Below the pieces are notes generated by a model. It saw only the letters and a program-made list of their open reading frames with translations. It was not told the DNA's origin and searched no databases. The position numbers were made by a program, and so were the translations under genes. 64,000 bases of DNA from NCBI GenBank assembly GCA_043803225.1, contig JAZDKF010000012.1, positions 54,143-118,142 on the forward strand, in the 5' to 3' direction. Origin of the DNA: Candidatus Beckwithbacteria bacterium (GTDB lineage: Bacteria; Patescibacteriota; Microgenomatia; UBA1400; CG1-02-47-37). Shown one piece after another: positions 40,112 through 50,122 of the stretch (its first letter is position 1; every line of letters starts with the position of its first letter).

Positions 40112-40647
40112 AAACGATTATCACGAAAACCGGTAAAAAAATTACTTTTGCCTCGCCAAAATCTTCGGATTTAACTGCTATCTATCAATGGGTAAAAACC
40201 ATCGAAAAAGAGGACACTTTTATTTTATTAAATTACCGCGAACCGGTTTTTTTTAAAGAAGAAAAAGAGTTTTTAACCGGTTTATTAAAAAAAATTAAAA
40301 CCAATAAATCTATTTTTATCTCAGTTTTTGATCAGCACAAATATCTTGGTAGTTGTTCAATTGACAAACTCGGTAAACGTCAAGGCCATGTTGGCAGTTT
40401 TGGTATTGCCCTGCTTAAATCTTATCGAGCCGAGGGAATCGGTTATCAACTGGCTCAGTATGCTATCCAACAGGCCAAGGAAAAACTTAAACTAAAACAA
40501 ATTATTCTTGGCTGTTTTGCTAATAATCTTGTTGGTCTTAAGCTTTACCAAAAACTAGGCTTTACTCAGTACGGCATTCACCCCAAGGCCATTTTTTATC
40601 AGGGTAAATATCTTGACGAAATCTTATTTTATAAGAATTTGAAATGA
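40108..40647 (+). CDS. GNAT acetyltransferase (RimJ-like)
   Basis: YRAEGIG, N..GLKLYQKLGF. Confidence 0.85.
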   Translation: MKTIITKTGKKITFASPKSSDLTAIYQWVKTIEKEDTFILLNYREPVFFKEEKEFLTGLLKKIKTNKSIFISVFDQHKYLGSCSIDKLGKRQGHVGSFGIALLKSYRAEGIGYQLAQYAIQQAKEKLKLKQIILGCFANNLVGLKLYQKLGFTQYGIHPKAIFYQGKYLDEILFYKNLK

Positions 40648-43583
40648 AACTTAACCCAAACCAGCAGTTAGCCGTTGACACGATTGACGGCCCGGTCATG
40701 GTCATTGCCGGTCCGGGGACTGGTAAAACCCAGATTATTGCCGAGCGGATTGCCCAAATCCTGAAAAAAACCGATACTGCCCCGGATTCAATCCTGGCCT
40801 TGTCTTTTACCGAGTCCGGTGTCAAAGCCATGCGCGAGCGGTTGATCGCCACCATTGGCGCTACCGCTTACTATGTCAATATCTTTACCTTTCACTCATT
40901 CTGCTCCTCAGTGATTCAGGAATTTCCTGACAAATTTATTATTTCTCCTCAAGTTGAACCTCTTTCTGACCTGGAGCGGGTGCAAATTTTTCAAACCATT
41001 ATTGATTCTTTAAATCTCGATTATTTAAAACCTGCCCATCAGCCCTATTTTTACATCCCTAGCCTTATCCAGGCCATTCAGGATCTAAAGCGCGAAGCCG
41101 TTTCCCCCGATGATCTTAAAGCTTTAATCACCGACCCTAAAGCCGCCAAACTGCCTGAACTGGTTAAAATCTACCGTCGCTATCAAAAGGCATTAGCCGA
41201 AGTCGGCCGTTATGATTTTGAAGACATGATTAACTTGGTGGCTCAGGCCTTTAAGGCCGATTCCGAACTGTTATTAACTTTTCAGGAGCGCTTCCACTAC
41301 TTTTTAGTTGATGAATACCAGGATACTAACTCGGCGCAAAATCAGGTGGTTAACCTGCTGGCTTCCTATTGGGGTGATCAGGCCAATGTCTTTGTGGTTG
41401 GCGACATCAACCAATCGATCTTTAAATTCCAGGGCGCCTCTTTGGAAAATGTTATCGGTTTTACTAAAACTTATCCTCGGACAAAAATAATTACCTTAGA
41501 TCAAAACTACCGTTCCACCCAAACTATTTTAACTGCCAGCCACCACCTGATCCAAAACAACCACTTTCACATCGAATCAGTGGTTAATACTGCCAAAACC
41601 AAACTTACCAGCCAAAAAACTCATCCGGAAAAACCGCTTTATATAATTAAACTGCCTTCAGAAATTATCGAAACTTATTGGATTGCCCAAAAAATTAAAA
41701 AGTTAATTAACCAAGGGGTCAAGGCGGAATCGATTGCCGTGCTTTACCGTCACAATGCCGATGCTGCTGGCCTGGCTGATATTTTTGCCAAACTGCATAT
41801 CCCCGTGGACATTGAAGGCGGCGCTAATATCTTAGAAGACCCCACCATTATTAAGCTTTTAACTTTATTAAAAGCCATTAGTTTAAGCCCCAGCAGCCTT
41901 GAAGATCTGGATTTATTCACTCTGCTTCATTATGAGTTTTTACATCTCGACTCTCTGGATATTTTAAAACTTAGCCGCCAGGCATCCCAGTCCAACACTT
42001 CCATTATTGATCTGATTCTTTCCACTTCGTTTCCGGCCTTAAAGCTTAAAAGCCAGGAGCGGATTTTAGATTTTATCCGCCGGCTGGCTTCTTGGCAGCA
42101 GCTGGACAGCCAATTAAACTTTTCCCAATTTTTTGAAACCTTAGTGAAACAGTCAGGTTTTTTTGACTGGCTGATCAGCTGCCCGGACGCTTTAGAAAAA
42201 CTTAACCGTTTAAACTCGCTTTTTAGCGCCATTAAGCGTTTAAACCAGGCCGATCATCAGTTAAATCTGCACTCCTTTTTAAATGCCCTTCAGTTAATGG
42301 AACTCAATCACTTAAAGCTGGCTGAAACCGACTTGGATATTAAAACCAAAGCCGTTACCTTAACCACTGCCCACAAAGCCAAAGGCAAAGAATGGGAATA
42401 TGTTTTTATTATCAAAGCCATCGATGGCAAGTGGGGGAATAATCGCACCCGGGAAATGATTAAACTGCCTTCAGGCATTTTAAAATATTCCCAGATTGAT
42501 AAAAAAGAAAAAAACGAAGACGAACGCCGCCTCTTTTATGTCTGTCTTACCCGGGCTAAGAAAAAACTTTATCTTACTTTTGCCGATCGCTATGCCAGGT
42601 TTGGTCATTCTACCGAAGCTGTCCCTACGATGTTTATCTCTGAGTTGCCCCAACCACTGGTAAAAACCCTCCAGCCAAAATCCTTAAATCCCCAAACAAT
42701 CTTAACTTTAAGTTTTTCTGCCCCGTCAGCGCCCCGACCTACCTTAGTTGAAGCCGATTACTTTAACTTTATTCTTAACGGCTTCAAGCTGTCGCCGACT
42801 GCCCTTAACACTTATCTTACCTGCCCCTATAAATTTAAACTCAATAACTTAATCCGGGTGCCCCGCGCCAAGCAAACCTATTTTAGTTTTGGCACTGCCG
42901 TGCACAAAGCCTTAGAACTTTTCCATCGCCAGTTTATTAAAAACGATAAACATCCGGCTAAGCAGTTTTTAATCGATCAATTTGGAAAAGCTTTAGCCAA
43001 AGAAGTTTTAACCGCATCCGAACTAAAGCTGATGTTAAAAAAAGGTCAGAAGCTGTTAAGTTTTTACTATGATTATTACCAGGATAACTTGGTTAAACCC
43101 CTATTTACCGAGAAATTTTTTGGCTACGGTATGTCTAAAACTTATCTGGACGACATTCCTTTAGCCGGAAAGATCGACCGTATCGACCTGCTTTCTGTTT
43201 CTAAGAAAACAGTGAAGGTTGTTGATTATAAAACAGGATCCCCTAAATCGCGGAATCAGATTTTGGGCAAAACCCAGGAAGCCAATGCTGACTATTATCG
43301 CCAGCTGGTTTTTTACCGCCTTTTAAGCCAGCTGGATCGAAGTTTTAAGCTTAAAGTGAGTGAAGCTGAACTGGAGTTTGTTGAACCCACGCCGTCCGGT
43401 AAACTGAAAAAAGAAAACTTTATTATTTCCGACCAGGACGTCGCTGACTTAAAAGAAACTATCCGTCAATCTATGAAAGCCATCCGCTGTTTAAATTTTT
43501 CCAAAACCTCCACCTATAGCCATTGTTTACGCTGCGAATATTTAAACCACTGTTGGCCCGAAGGTCTGCCTCAACCTGGCTAA
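40644..43583 (+). CDS. UvrD/SF1A helicase fused to a PD-(D/E)xK nuclease with four-Cys Fe-S motif
   Basis: AGPGTGKT, VDEYQD, QNYRS, HKAKGKEW, LFYVCLTRA; CPYK...GKIDRID..VVDYKTG...CLRCEYLNHC. Confidence 0.9.
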   Translation: MKLNPNQQLAVDTIDGPVMVIAGPGTGKTQIIAERIAQILKKTDTAPDSILALSFTESGVKAMRERLIATIGATAYYVNIFTFHSFCSSVIQEFPDKFIISPQVEPLSDLERVQIFQTIIDSLNLDYLKPAHQPYFYIPSLIQAIQDLKREAVSPDDLKALITDPKAAKLPELVKIYRRYQKALAEVGRYDFEDMINLVAQAFKADSELLLTFQERFHYFLVDEYQDTNSAQNQVVNLLASYWGDQANVFVVGDINQSIFKFQGASLENVIGFTKTYPRTKIITLDQNYRSTQTILTASHHLIQNNHFHIESVVNTAKTKLTSQKTHPEKPLYIIKLPSEIIETYWIAQKIKKLINQGVKAESIAVLYRHNADAAGLADIFAKLHIPVDIEGGANILEDPTIIKLLTLLKAISLSPSSLEDLDLFTLLHYEFLHLDSLDILKLSRQASQSNTSIIDLILSTSFPALKLKSQERILDFIRRLASWQQLDSQLNFSQFFETLVKQSGFFDWLISCPDALEKLNRLNSLFSAIKRLNQADHQLNLHSFLNALQLMELNHLKLAETDLDIKTKAVTLTTAHKAKGKEWEYVFIIKAIDGKWGNNRTREMIKLPSGILKYSQIDKKEKNEDERRLFYVCLTRAKKKLYLTFADRYARFGHSTEAVPTMFISELPQPLVKTLQPKSLNPQTILTLSFSAPSAPRPTLVEADYFNFILNGFKLSPTALNTYLTCPYKFKLNNLIRVPRAKQTYFSFGTAVHKALELFHRQFIKNDKHPAKQFLIDQFGKALAKEVLTASELKLMLKKGQKLLSFYYDYYQDNLVKPLFTEKFFGYGMSKTYLDDIPLAGKIDRIDLLSVSKKTVKVVDYKTGSPKSRNQILGKTQEANADYYRQLVFYRLLSQLDRSFKLKVSEAELEFVEPTPSGKLKKENFIISDQDVADLKETIRQSMKAIRCLNFSKTSTYSHCLRCEYLNHCWPEGLPQPG

Positions 43584-44022
43584 TTACAATCGCTGCGGCC
43601 ACCTCGACATTCAATGACCCTTTCTTGCCCTGCCGGGGGATCTCCACAATTTCTTCTGCCGCCGCCAACACTTCTTGACTGACCCCCTCAACTTCATTCC
43701 CAAATACTAACACCGAGTCTTTTTCCGCCTGCCATTTATCAATCTTCACACTTCTTTTATCCTGTTCAATGGCGATTAACTTTAACCCTTTCTTTCTTGT
43801 CAGCTTTACCAGTTCTTCACTATTTTTAACAAACTTAATTTCAAAATCTTTTTCCGCCCCCAAAGCTGTCTTTTTGACTTTTTCATGCAGCTGATTTACT
43901 CCCGGTCTGGCTCTGCCTGAATAACCTACCAGCAGCACTTTTTTTATCCCAAAAAAACTTGCCGTCCGGAAAATCGACCCGACATTATACAAGCTTCTGA
44001 TGTTTTCTAACCCTAAATACAT
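43471..44022 (-). CDS. TrmH/SpoU-family RNA methyltransferase
   Basis: NIRSLYNVGSIFRT, FGNEVEG, SLNVEVA. Confidence 0.9.
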   Translation of the reverse strand: MYLGLENIRSLYNVGSIFRTASFFGIKKVLLVGYSGRARPGVNQLHEKVKKTALGAEKDFEIKFVKNSEELVKLTRKKGLKLIAIEQDKRSVKIDKWQAEKDSVLVFGNEVEGVSQEVLAAAEEIVEIPRQGKKGSLNVEVAAAIVISQVEADLRANSGLNIRSVNNGYRWRFWKNLNSGWLS

Positions 44023-44219
44023 TATTTATCTGCTTTAAAACCAATTTTAATATGGGAACCGTCGCAAAATGGCTTGTTCTTCGAAGCGCCGCAACGGCAC
44101 AACCAGACTGTTTCATCTCCCTTAACCGTTTGCTCATTGCCTTGAGCATCTTTGATTTCTTCCGGACCGTACACTTTATACGGTCCGTTTTTTATTGCTG
44201 TTATTTTGGCCATACCCAC
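44022..44219 (-). CDS. CDGSH iron-sulfur domain protein
   Basis: NGPY, LCRCGASKNKPFCDGSH. Confidence 0.9.
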   Translation of the reverse strand: MGMAKITAIKNGPYKVYGPEEIKDAQGNEQTVKGDETVWLCRCGASKNKPFCDGSHIKIGFKADK

Positions 44220-44998
44220 TCCTTTATAAACAATTTTTTAACTGGTTGTCTATATTCTACCTCTCTTCCGCCGAAACTTTTTTTAAACCGGGTGAATCCG
44301 GGCCAGAGCTTATCGTCAATCCCATCAAAATCAAACAGTCTGCACTTAAGTTTTTTCGCCAATCTTATTGCCTTCCACGCTAATCTGCTGGGTACCATTT
44401 TTTTTCTGCCTTCCTGACTGCTGGCATTATGAGAATAATAGGCAACCTGATTATGAATTAAAACTATCAGTCCGCCGCCTTCTGCCATTAGCAGCCAGGC
44501 CTTTCCCCCAAACGATTTAAGCAAACTCTTTAATTGTTTAAAGTTTAATCCCCAGAATTTTTGTTTTTTACAGTTTTGCCGGTAAATCTTAAAAAAATCT
44601 TTCAGTTGTTTATCCGAAACTTTATCTCCCCGAATCATCTTTACTTTTCCTGAATACTTTCTTAAGTTATACCTGGTTTTGTAATGCATTTCTTTTAATA
44701 GCTGATTCTCGCTCTTTGTTAAATCCAGCCAAATAGTTTTTGTTGGTAGCATCGGTGTTTTATCTTCTTTAAACCCCCACCGGCCGTAGTTGAAATTATC
44801 ATCAATGGCTGGTTCAATCTTTACCAATACCGCCCGGTATTTTTTTACCAACAAATCTAAATCGTCGATTTTTTTCTGCCTCTGAATCTTAATAAAACTG
44901 ATTCCTAGCAGTTTTTTAATAAATGCCCCCTCATCCACCAGCCAGCCCAAACTTTTCATCCACAGCTCGTATTCTTTAGCTTGTCTTAAATCGCTCAT
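44201..44998 (-). CDS. FemAB-family peptidyltransferase (short)
   Basis: DLRQ, KTRYN, FDFDGI, GFTRFKKSFGG. Confidence 0.85.
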   Translation of the reverse strand: MSDLRQAKEYELWMKSLGWLVDEGAFIKKLLGISFIKIQRQKKIDDLDLLVKKYRAVLVKIEPAIDDNFNYGRWGFKEDKTPMLPTKTIWLDLTKSENQLLKEMHYKTRYNLRKYSGKVKMIRGDKVSDKQLKDFFKIYRQNCKKQKFWGLNFKQLKSLLKSFGGKAWLLMAEGGGLIVLIHNQVAYYSHNASSQEGRKKMVPSRLAWKAIRLAKKLKCRLFDFDGIDDKLWPGFTRFKKSFGGREVEYRQPVKKLFIKEWVWPK

Positions 44999-46098
44999 TT
45001 AGATTCAAATGCTCTTGCCAGATTGTCTATTGTTTGGCTTAGTCCGGTTTTCACTCGGACAGCTCCGGTCCTAGCCTTCAGCCACTTCCACCGCGCTTCT
45101 TCTAAGATTCTTAAAATCCGGTACTGCCCCGGCTGCAGTACTAGGTCATAACTGCCGACAAACTCCATCAAGGTTGCTCCGTAGCCTTGTTTAAACCGAT
45201 GAAATCCATACCAAGGATCATTTTTGTTTGGATTAGGCCCTAACGCTCCCCACATATCTAATTCAGTGCAATTTAAACTTTTCCCCAATTTAATTACTTC
45301 CCACATTAACAAATTTGGCGCCATCAGTTCTTTAAGCTCCCGGGTCGAGGCGCCGTATGGATAATAGATTTTTTTATTAAACACAAAACATAAAAAAGCT
45401 GACAAGGTTTTACCCTCAAACTCAGCCCTTAATAGTTGAACCATTCCCACCGGCCTTAGCTGCTGCCACATCTTTTTAAAGTAATCCGGAGTATGGCTAT
45501 AAAATCCCTGGCGTTTAATTGTTTCGTCAAACAGCAGTTTTAAAAATAACTCAAAACTCGCCGCGCTGTTGTCTAATTTAACCTTGACGCCTTTTTTTTC
45601 TGCCAGCCGCAAGTTATATCTGGTTTTGGAATGCATTTTAGCTAATAAATCTGCCTCTGCCGGTGTTAGATCAAGAGAAAAGGTGTATTTTGTAAACAGC
45701 GGTCGGCCTTTCTGGCAGCCCCTTTTAAGTAAAAACTCTTCTATTTGGATCCAGGCGCTGGATTGAATCTGATCTTTCTTAACCGCCGCGCTGATATTCG
45801 GCTCCAACTTAATATAAACGCAGTTATTTTCTTTTCCGATCTGTTTTAAAGCTTCCAGCTGGACCTCATCAGGCATCGGTCCTTTAGGAAAGTAGCCCAA
45901 AGTCCAACCGAGTTTTGGCACCCGGTGAATCGTCAGTTGCATTGGCATCACCAGCTTTTGGCCTTCAAATACCCCTTTGCGGATTACCTTTATTCCGGTT
46001 AACTCCCTAAACTCACCCCACTCATAGGTTTGCAGTGGGTGGCCGGCAACCTGATTAAACCTTGCTTTATCATTAAGAACGACTTCTCTAATAATCAT
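44995..46098 (-). CDS. FemA/FemX-family lipid II peptidyltransferase
   Basis: HPLQTYEWG, YFPKGP, KTRYNLR, YPYGAS, GFHRFKQGYG. Confidence 0.9.
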   Translation of the reverse strand: MIIREVVLNDKARFNQVAGHPLQTYEWGEFRELTGIKVIRKGVFEGQKLVMPMQLTIHRVPKLGWTLGYFPKGPMPDEVQLEALKQIGKENNCVYIKLEPNISAAVKKDQIQSSAWIQIEEFLLKRGCQKGRPLFTKYTFSLDLTPAEADLLAKMHSKTRYNLRLAEKKGVKVKLDNSAASFELFLKLLFDETIKRQGFYSHTPDYFKKMWQQLRPVGMVQLLRAEFEGKTLSAFLCFVFNKKIYYPYGASTRELKELMAPNLLMWEVIKLGKSLNCTELDMWGALGPNPNKNDPWYGFHRFKQGYGATLMEFVGSYDLVLQPGQYRILRILEEARWKWLKARTGAVRVKTGLSQTIDNLARAFESK

Positions 46099-47851
46099 GG
46101 ATTAATTCTAGCAAACTTTCTTCAATATCGCCCAAGAACCGGCTGACCGCATTGCTGGCCGTGATGCCGAAATATAATCTTCTCCGGGAATAAGTTAGAA
46201 ATAAATTCTCCCTTGCCCTAGTCATTCCCACATAGCACAAACGCCTTTCTTCTTCTAACTCTTCCCGGTCCATTAATGATCGTGAATGGGGGAACAGTCC
46301 TTCTTCCATCCCGATTATAAATACATTTTTAAACTCCAAACCCTTTGAAGCGTGCAGGGTCATTAAAGTTACCGCCTTTTGATTGGCTTTTAACTTATCC
46401 GTTTCTTCCACCAAAGCCGTGTTTTGTAAAAACTCTTCCAGCACCGGATACATTTGCCCTACACTCATCAATTCCTTAATGTTTTCCAACCGGCTTAAGT
46501 CTTCCTCGTCTTTCAGATCAAACCGCTTTAAATATTCGGTTGTGTCCAGGATTAATTCTAAAGTCTCTTTAGTGGTTAACTTCACTCCGTCTAATTTTAC
46601 AAACTTTTCTAACTGCCTTTTGCCCAGCTTTTCTACTCTTTTATAACTTAAACGGTCTTTGGGGTTATAAATCAGCCTTAAATAAGCCAAGCAGTCTTTA
46701 ATTTCTTTCCGGTTATAAAATTTTACTCCGCCCACCAGAACATAGGGTATGTTTGCCTTAATTAAGGCCTCTTCAATGGTTCTTGATTGAGCGTTAGTCC
46801 GGTATAAAACGGCACAGTCTTGATAATCAAATTGACCGATAGTTTTTACCACAAACTCGGCTTCTTCTTTTTCATCTACTCCTTCAAAGATTTTAATTTT
46901 CGCTCCCTTTTGACTCTCTGCCCACAATTTTAATATCGGATGCAGGGTATTTTTGGCAATTACCTGGTTAGCTGCCTCTAAGATATTTTTTGTCGATCGG
47001 TAGTTTTGCTCCATGTTCACCACCACCAGTCCGGGAAAATCGTTTTTTAAATTATTTAAATTACGAAAATCAGCCCCGCGGAAACTGTAAATTGATTGGG
47101 AAAAATCGCCCACGGCGGTTAAATTCTTCCACTTTTTCGTCAGCAGTTTGGTCAGCTCATACTGGGCCCGGTTAGTATCCTGGTACTCGTCCACTAAAAC
47201 ACTTAAATATTTTTCCTGATATTTTTTAGCCACCCGGTCGCTGTGATTTAATAGTTTAACTGCTAGCAGCAGCAAGTCGTCAAAATCCAGAGCCTCATAT
47301 GTGGTCATCAGCCTTTGGTACTCCCGGTAAACCTGAGCGACTATCTCTGCCGCATTGCCTCTGATTAACCGGCTATACTCCCAATGGTTAATCAGTTCGT
47401 TTTTTGCCCCTGAAATCGCTGCCTTTATCACTCTTGGTTTATAGACTTGAGTGTCCAGGTTTAAATTTTTCATTGCCTGTTTTATCGTCGCCAGCGAATC
47501 ATCTTCGTCATAAATTAAAAACTTATTGCTCAGGCCGATTTCTTTGCCTTCAATTCGAAGCAGCCGGGCATTAAAACTATGAAAGGTTCCGGTCCAGGGT
47601 ATTGCCGCTGTTTTTTCTCCGAGAAGTTTTAAAATTCTACCCTTCATTTCCTTAGCCGCTTTATTGGTAAATGTGACTAATAAAATTCTTCCTGGATCTA
47701 CGCCTTTTTCTTTAATTAAATAGGCTGCCCGGTAAGTTAACGCCCGCGTTTTTCCTGATCCGGCTCCGGCCAGGATTAATAATGGGCCGTCGCCAAAGGT
47801 GACTGCCCGTCTTTGTTCTCGATTTAAGGCTTTCAGCCAATCTGCCGCCAT
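46088..47851 (-). CDS. pcrA: ATP-dependent DNA helicase PcrA/UvrD
   Basis: AGAGSGKT, VDEYQD, QNYRS, YRTNAQ, HASKGLEF, EEERRLCYV. Confidence 0.93.
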   Translation of the reverse strand: MAADWLKALNREQRRAVTFGDGPLLILAGAGSGKTRALTYRAAYLIKEKGVDPGRILLVTFTNKAAKEMKGRILKLLGEKTAAIPWTGTFHSFNARLLRIEGKEIGLSNKFLIYDEDDSLATIKQAMKNLNLDTQVYKPRVIKAAISGAKNELINHWEYSRLIRGNAAEIVAQVYREYQRLMTTYEALDFDDLLLLAVKLLNHSDRVAKKYQEKYLSVLVDEYQDTNRAQYELTKLLTKKWKNLTAVGDFSQSIYSFRGADFRNLNNLKNDFPGLVVVNMEQNYRSTKNILEAANQVIAKNTLHPILKLWAESQKGAKIKIFEGVDEKEEAEFVVKTIGQFDYQDCAVLYRTNAQSRTIEEALIKANIPYVLVGGVKFYNRKEIKDCLAYLRLIYNPKDRLSYKRVEKLGKRQLEKFVKLDGVKLTTKETLELILDTTEYLKRFDLKDEEDLSRLENIKELMSVGQMYPVLEEFLQNTALVEETDKLKANQKAVTLMTLHASKGLEFKNVFIIGMEEGLFPHSRSLMDREELEEERRLCYVGMTRARENLFLTYSRRRLYFGITASNAVSRFLGDIEESLLELIHDY

Positions 47852-47871
47852 GTTAGAATCATAACATCTTT

Positions 47872-48906
47872 ATGCTTTCCGCCGTTAAACGCCGTTTCTA
47901 TAAATATCTTCTGCCTTTTCGCCCGTTAATCTATCTGGCAGTTATCGGTCTGGTCTGCTTAATTTTAGTTTTAATCATTCCTAAACTGGCCGCTTCTTTT
48001 AAAAAAATTATTCAACTTTCTACGATTACCCGGCTTGACTCTTTCCGCAATCGGACCAATATTCTGCTTCTTGGCGCCAGTGGCGGAACTCACCCCGGAG
48101 CTGATTTAACTGACAGCATCATGTTAATTTCAGTTAATCTTTCTACCTCAGATACGGTCTTAATTTCTCTGCCTCGGGACATTTGGGTTGAATCTTTATC
48201 TGCCAAACTTAATACTGCCTATCATTTTGGCGAAACCAAGCAGCCCGGCGGCGGCCTGATTATGGCTAAAGCCGCGGTTGCCGAAATCATCAACCAGCCG
48301 GTCCATTATGCTGCACTCTTGGATTTTTCCGGTTTTGAAACCGCCATCGACGTCCTTGGTGGTTTGGATCTGAATGTGCCCCATGGCTTTATCGACGCCA
48401 AGTATCCGCTTCCTGGCCAGGAAAATGCTCCCGATGAAACCGCCCGCTATGAAATCCTGCAGTTTCATTCTGGCTTTCAACACTTTGACGGTTCCATGGC
48501 CTTAAAATATGTTCGTTCCCGCCAGTCAGAAGGTGAAGAAGGGACTGATTTTGCCCGCAGCCAGCGTCAGCAATTGGTTTTGTTGAGTTTTAAAGATAAA
48601 GTTTTGTCTCTAAAAACTTTGCTTAATCCGTTTAAACTTAAAGCCCTCTATCAAGCTTTTAAAGCCGCTGTTACCACCGATCTTGAACCAAAAATCTATC
48701 CGGATTTAGTTAAGCTGGTTTTTAAAATTAAACCTGATTCGCTTCGTACAGGCATCATTGACCAGGGCAGTGACAACGAAGAAATTCCCGCCTTGCTCTA
48801 CAACCCGCCGGCCGAACAATACGGCCAATGGGTTTTATTGCCGCTTAATAACAACTGGCAGGCTGTTTATGATTACCTTGAAGAAATTATCTACCAAAAT
48901 CAATAG
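47872..48906 (+). CDS. LCP (LytR-CpsA-Psr) family protein
   Basis: NILLLG, TDSIML, SLPRD, YVRSR, DFARSQRQQ. Confidence 0.93.
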   Translation: MLSAVKRRFYKYLLPFRPLIYLAVIGLVCLILVLIIPKLAASFKKIIQLSTITRLDSFRNRTNILLLGASGGTHPGADLTDSIMLISVNLSTSDTVLISLPRDIWVESLSAKLNTAYHFGETKQPGGGLIMAKAAVAEIINQPVHYAALLDFSGFETAIDVLGGLDLNVPHGFIDAKYPLPGQENAPDETARYEILQFHSGFQHFDGSMALKYVRSRQSEGEEGTDFARSQRQQLVLLSFKDKVLSLKTLLNPFKLKALYQAFKAAVTTDLEPKIYPDLVKLVFKIKPDSLRTGIIDQGSDNEEIPALLYNPPAEQYGQWVLLPLNNNWQAVYDYLEEIIYQNQ

Positions 48907-50122
48907 GCCAATACTAGTTCTAACCACTGTATTAGTTATATCGATTCTCTACTGGCAAGCACTTAATCCCTTATGGCGCGGCCATTTAGAAATTGATGTT
49001 TGGAGTTGGTTTCTGCGAATGGAATATTTTTTTAAACACAACTCTTTTACAGGTCTAGACGGCAATGAAATTCTTCCCACGACGCTTATTTATATTTTTA
49101 TCCCTCGCTTGTTAGCTGGCTGGAAAAATCTTTCTTATATTTCTTATCTTTCAGCTGCGACGTTAGTTAATTTATTGGTAATTTTTCTCACCCTCGTTGT
49201 AGTGAAAAAGAAATCATCTTCACTTCAATCTTGGCTATTTTTAATCTTAGTCTTAGCCATTGGCCCAATCCTTCTTTTTCGCTTTGACACAATCGTCGCC
49301 CTCTTCGTCCTTTTAAGCCTATATTTGTTTTCAAAAAAAAGAATAATCTCATCTGCTATTTTCTTAAGTTTGGCCACCTCCATGAAAATATATCCGATTA
49401 TTTTATTACCCTACCTGGGATTAATTCTTATGTATCAAAAAAGTTTTAAACGCATTTTAATTTACTTATTTTATTTTCTCCTATTTATGGCCTTGCCGAT
49501 AATAATATTTTTCCTTCTCGGTGGAAATCTTAAGCAAATTTTATCTGCTATGGAATTTCACGGTCTTAAATATGTTAGTATCGAAAGTCTGCCGGGAAGT
49601 TTATTAACCGCCTCTTCGCTGATTTTTAACCATCGCCCTCCAGATTTATTAGGGGGTTATGGAATTTGGGGAATTACTACGCCGCTGATTAAAACTCTTG
49701 GTCTAAAAGTTTTTAATTATTTTTGGGTTTTACCAGTTAGTTTTTTTTATCTCTTTATCATCAAAAACAGAAAATATCTAGCTAAACTTTATCCTTCAGT
49801 TTGTTTCTCATTGGTTTTATTCTTTCTAGTCTTTTCTAAAAATCTACACCCTCAATACATTTGGTGGTTTCTATCCATTTTTCCCTTTATTAAAATTACT
49901 GCCTTCAACCGCTATAAATATTTATTTATGTTTATTTTGTTGGTATTTATCAGTATTTTCAACCAATTAGTTTATCCGTTGTTTTACACTCAGTTTATAG
50001 ACGATTTTTTCCAGCATAATCGTTACTATGAAGTTTTTTACGCCCTTTTAATTAGAAACTTTTTAATTGTTTGTCTATTAATAGTTAGTTTGAAAAATGA
50101 ATTTCCTAAAAAAACACTTTAA
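48869..50122 (+). CDS. GT87-like membrane glycosyltransferase
   Basis: RFD, KIYP, PQYIWW, many TMs; ATG 48869 more likely than the track start. Confidence 0.75.
   Translation: MITLKKLSTKINRPILVLTTVLVISILYWQALNPLWRGHLEIDVWSWFLRMEYFFKHNSFTGLDGNEILPTTLIYIFIPRLLAGWKNLSYISYLSAATLVNLLVIFLTLVVVKKKSSSLQSWLFLILVLAIGPILLFRFDTIVALFVLLSLYLFSKKRIISSAIFLSLATSMKIYPIILLPYLGLILMYQKSFKRILIYLFYFLLFMALPIIIFFLLGGNLKQILSAMEFHGLKYVSIESLPGSLLTASSLIFNHRPPDLLGGYGIWGITTPLIKTLGLKVFNYFWVLPVSFFYLFIIKNRKYLAKLYPSVCFSLVLFFLVFSKNLHPQYIWWFLSIFPFIKITAFNRYKYLFMFILLVFISIFNQLVYPLFYTQFIDDFFQHNRYYEVFYALLIRNFLIVCLLIVSLKNEFPKKTL

Noticed and set aside
42780-43583. Cas4-like nuclease as evidence of CRISPR-Cas
   Set aside because: It is the C-terminal domain of a UvrD helicase, with no cas context.
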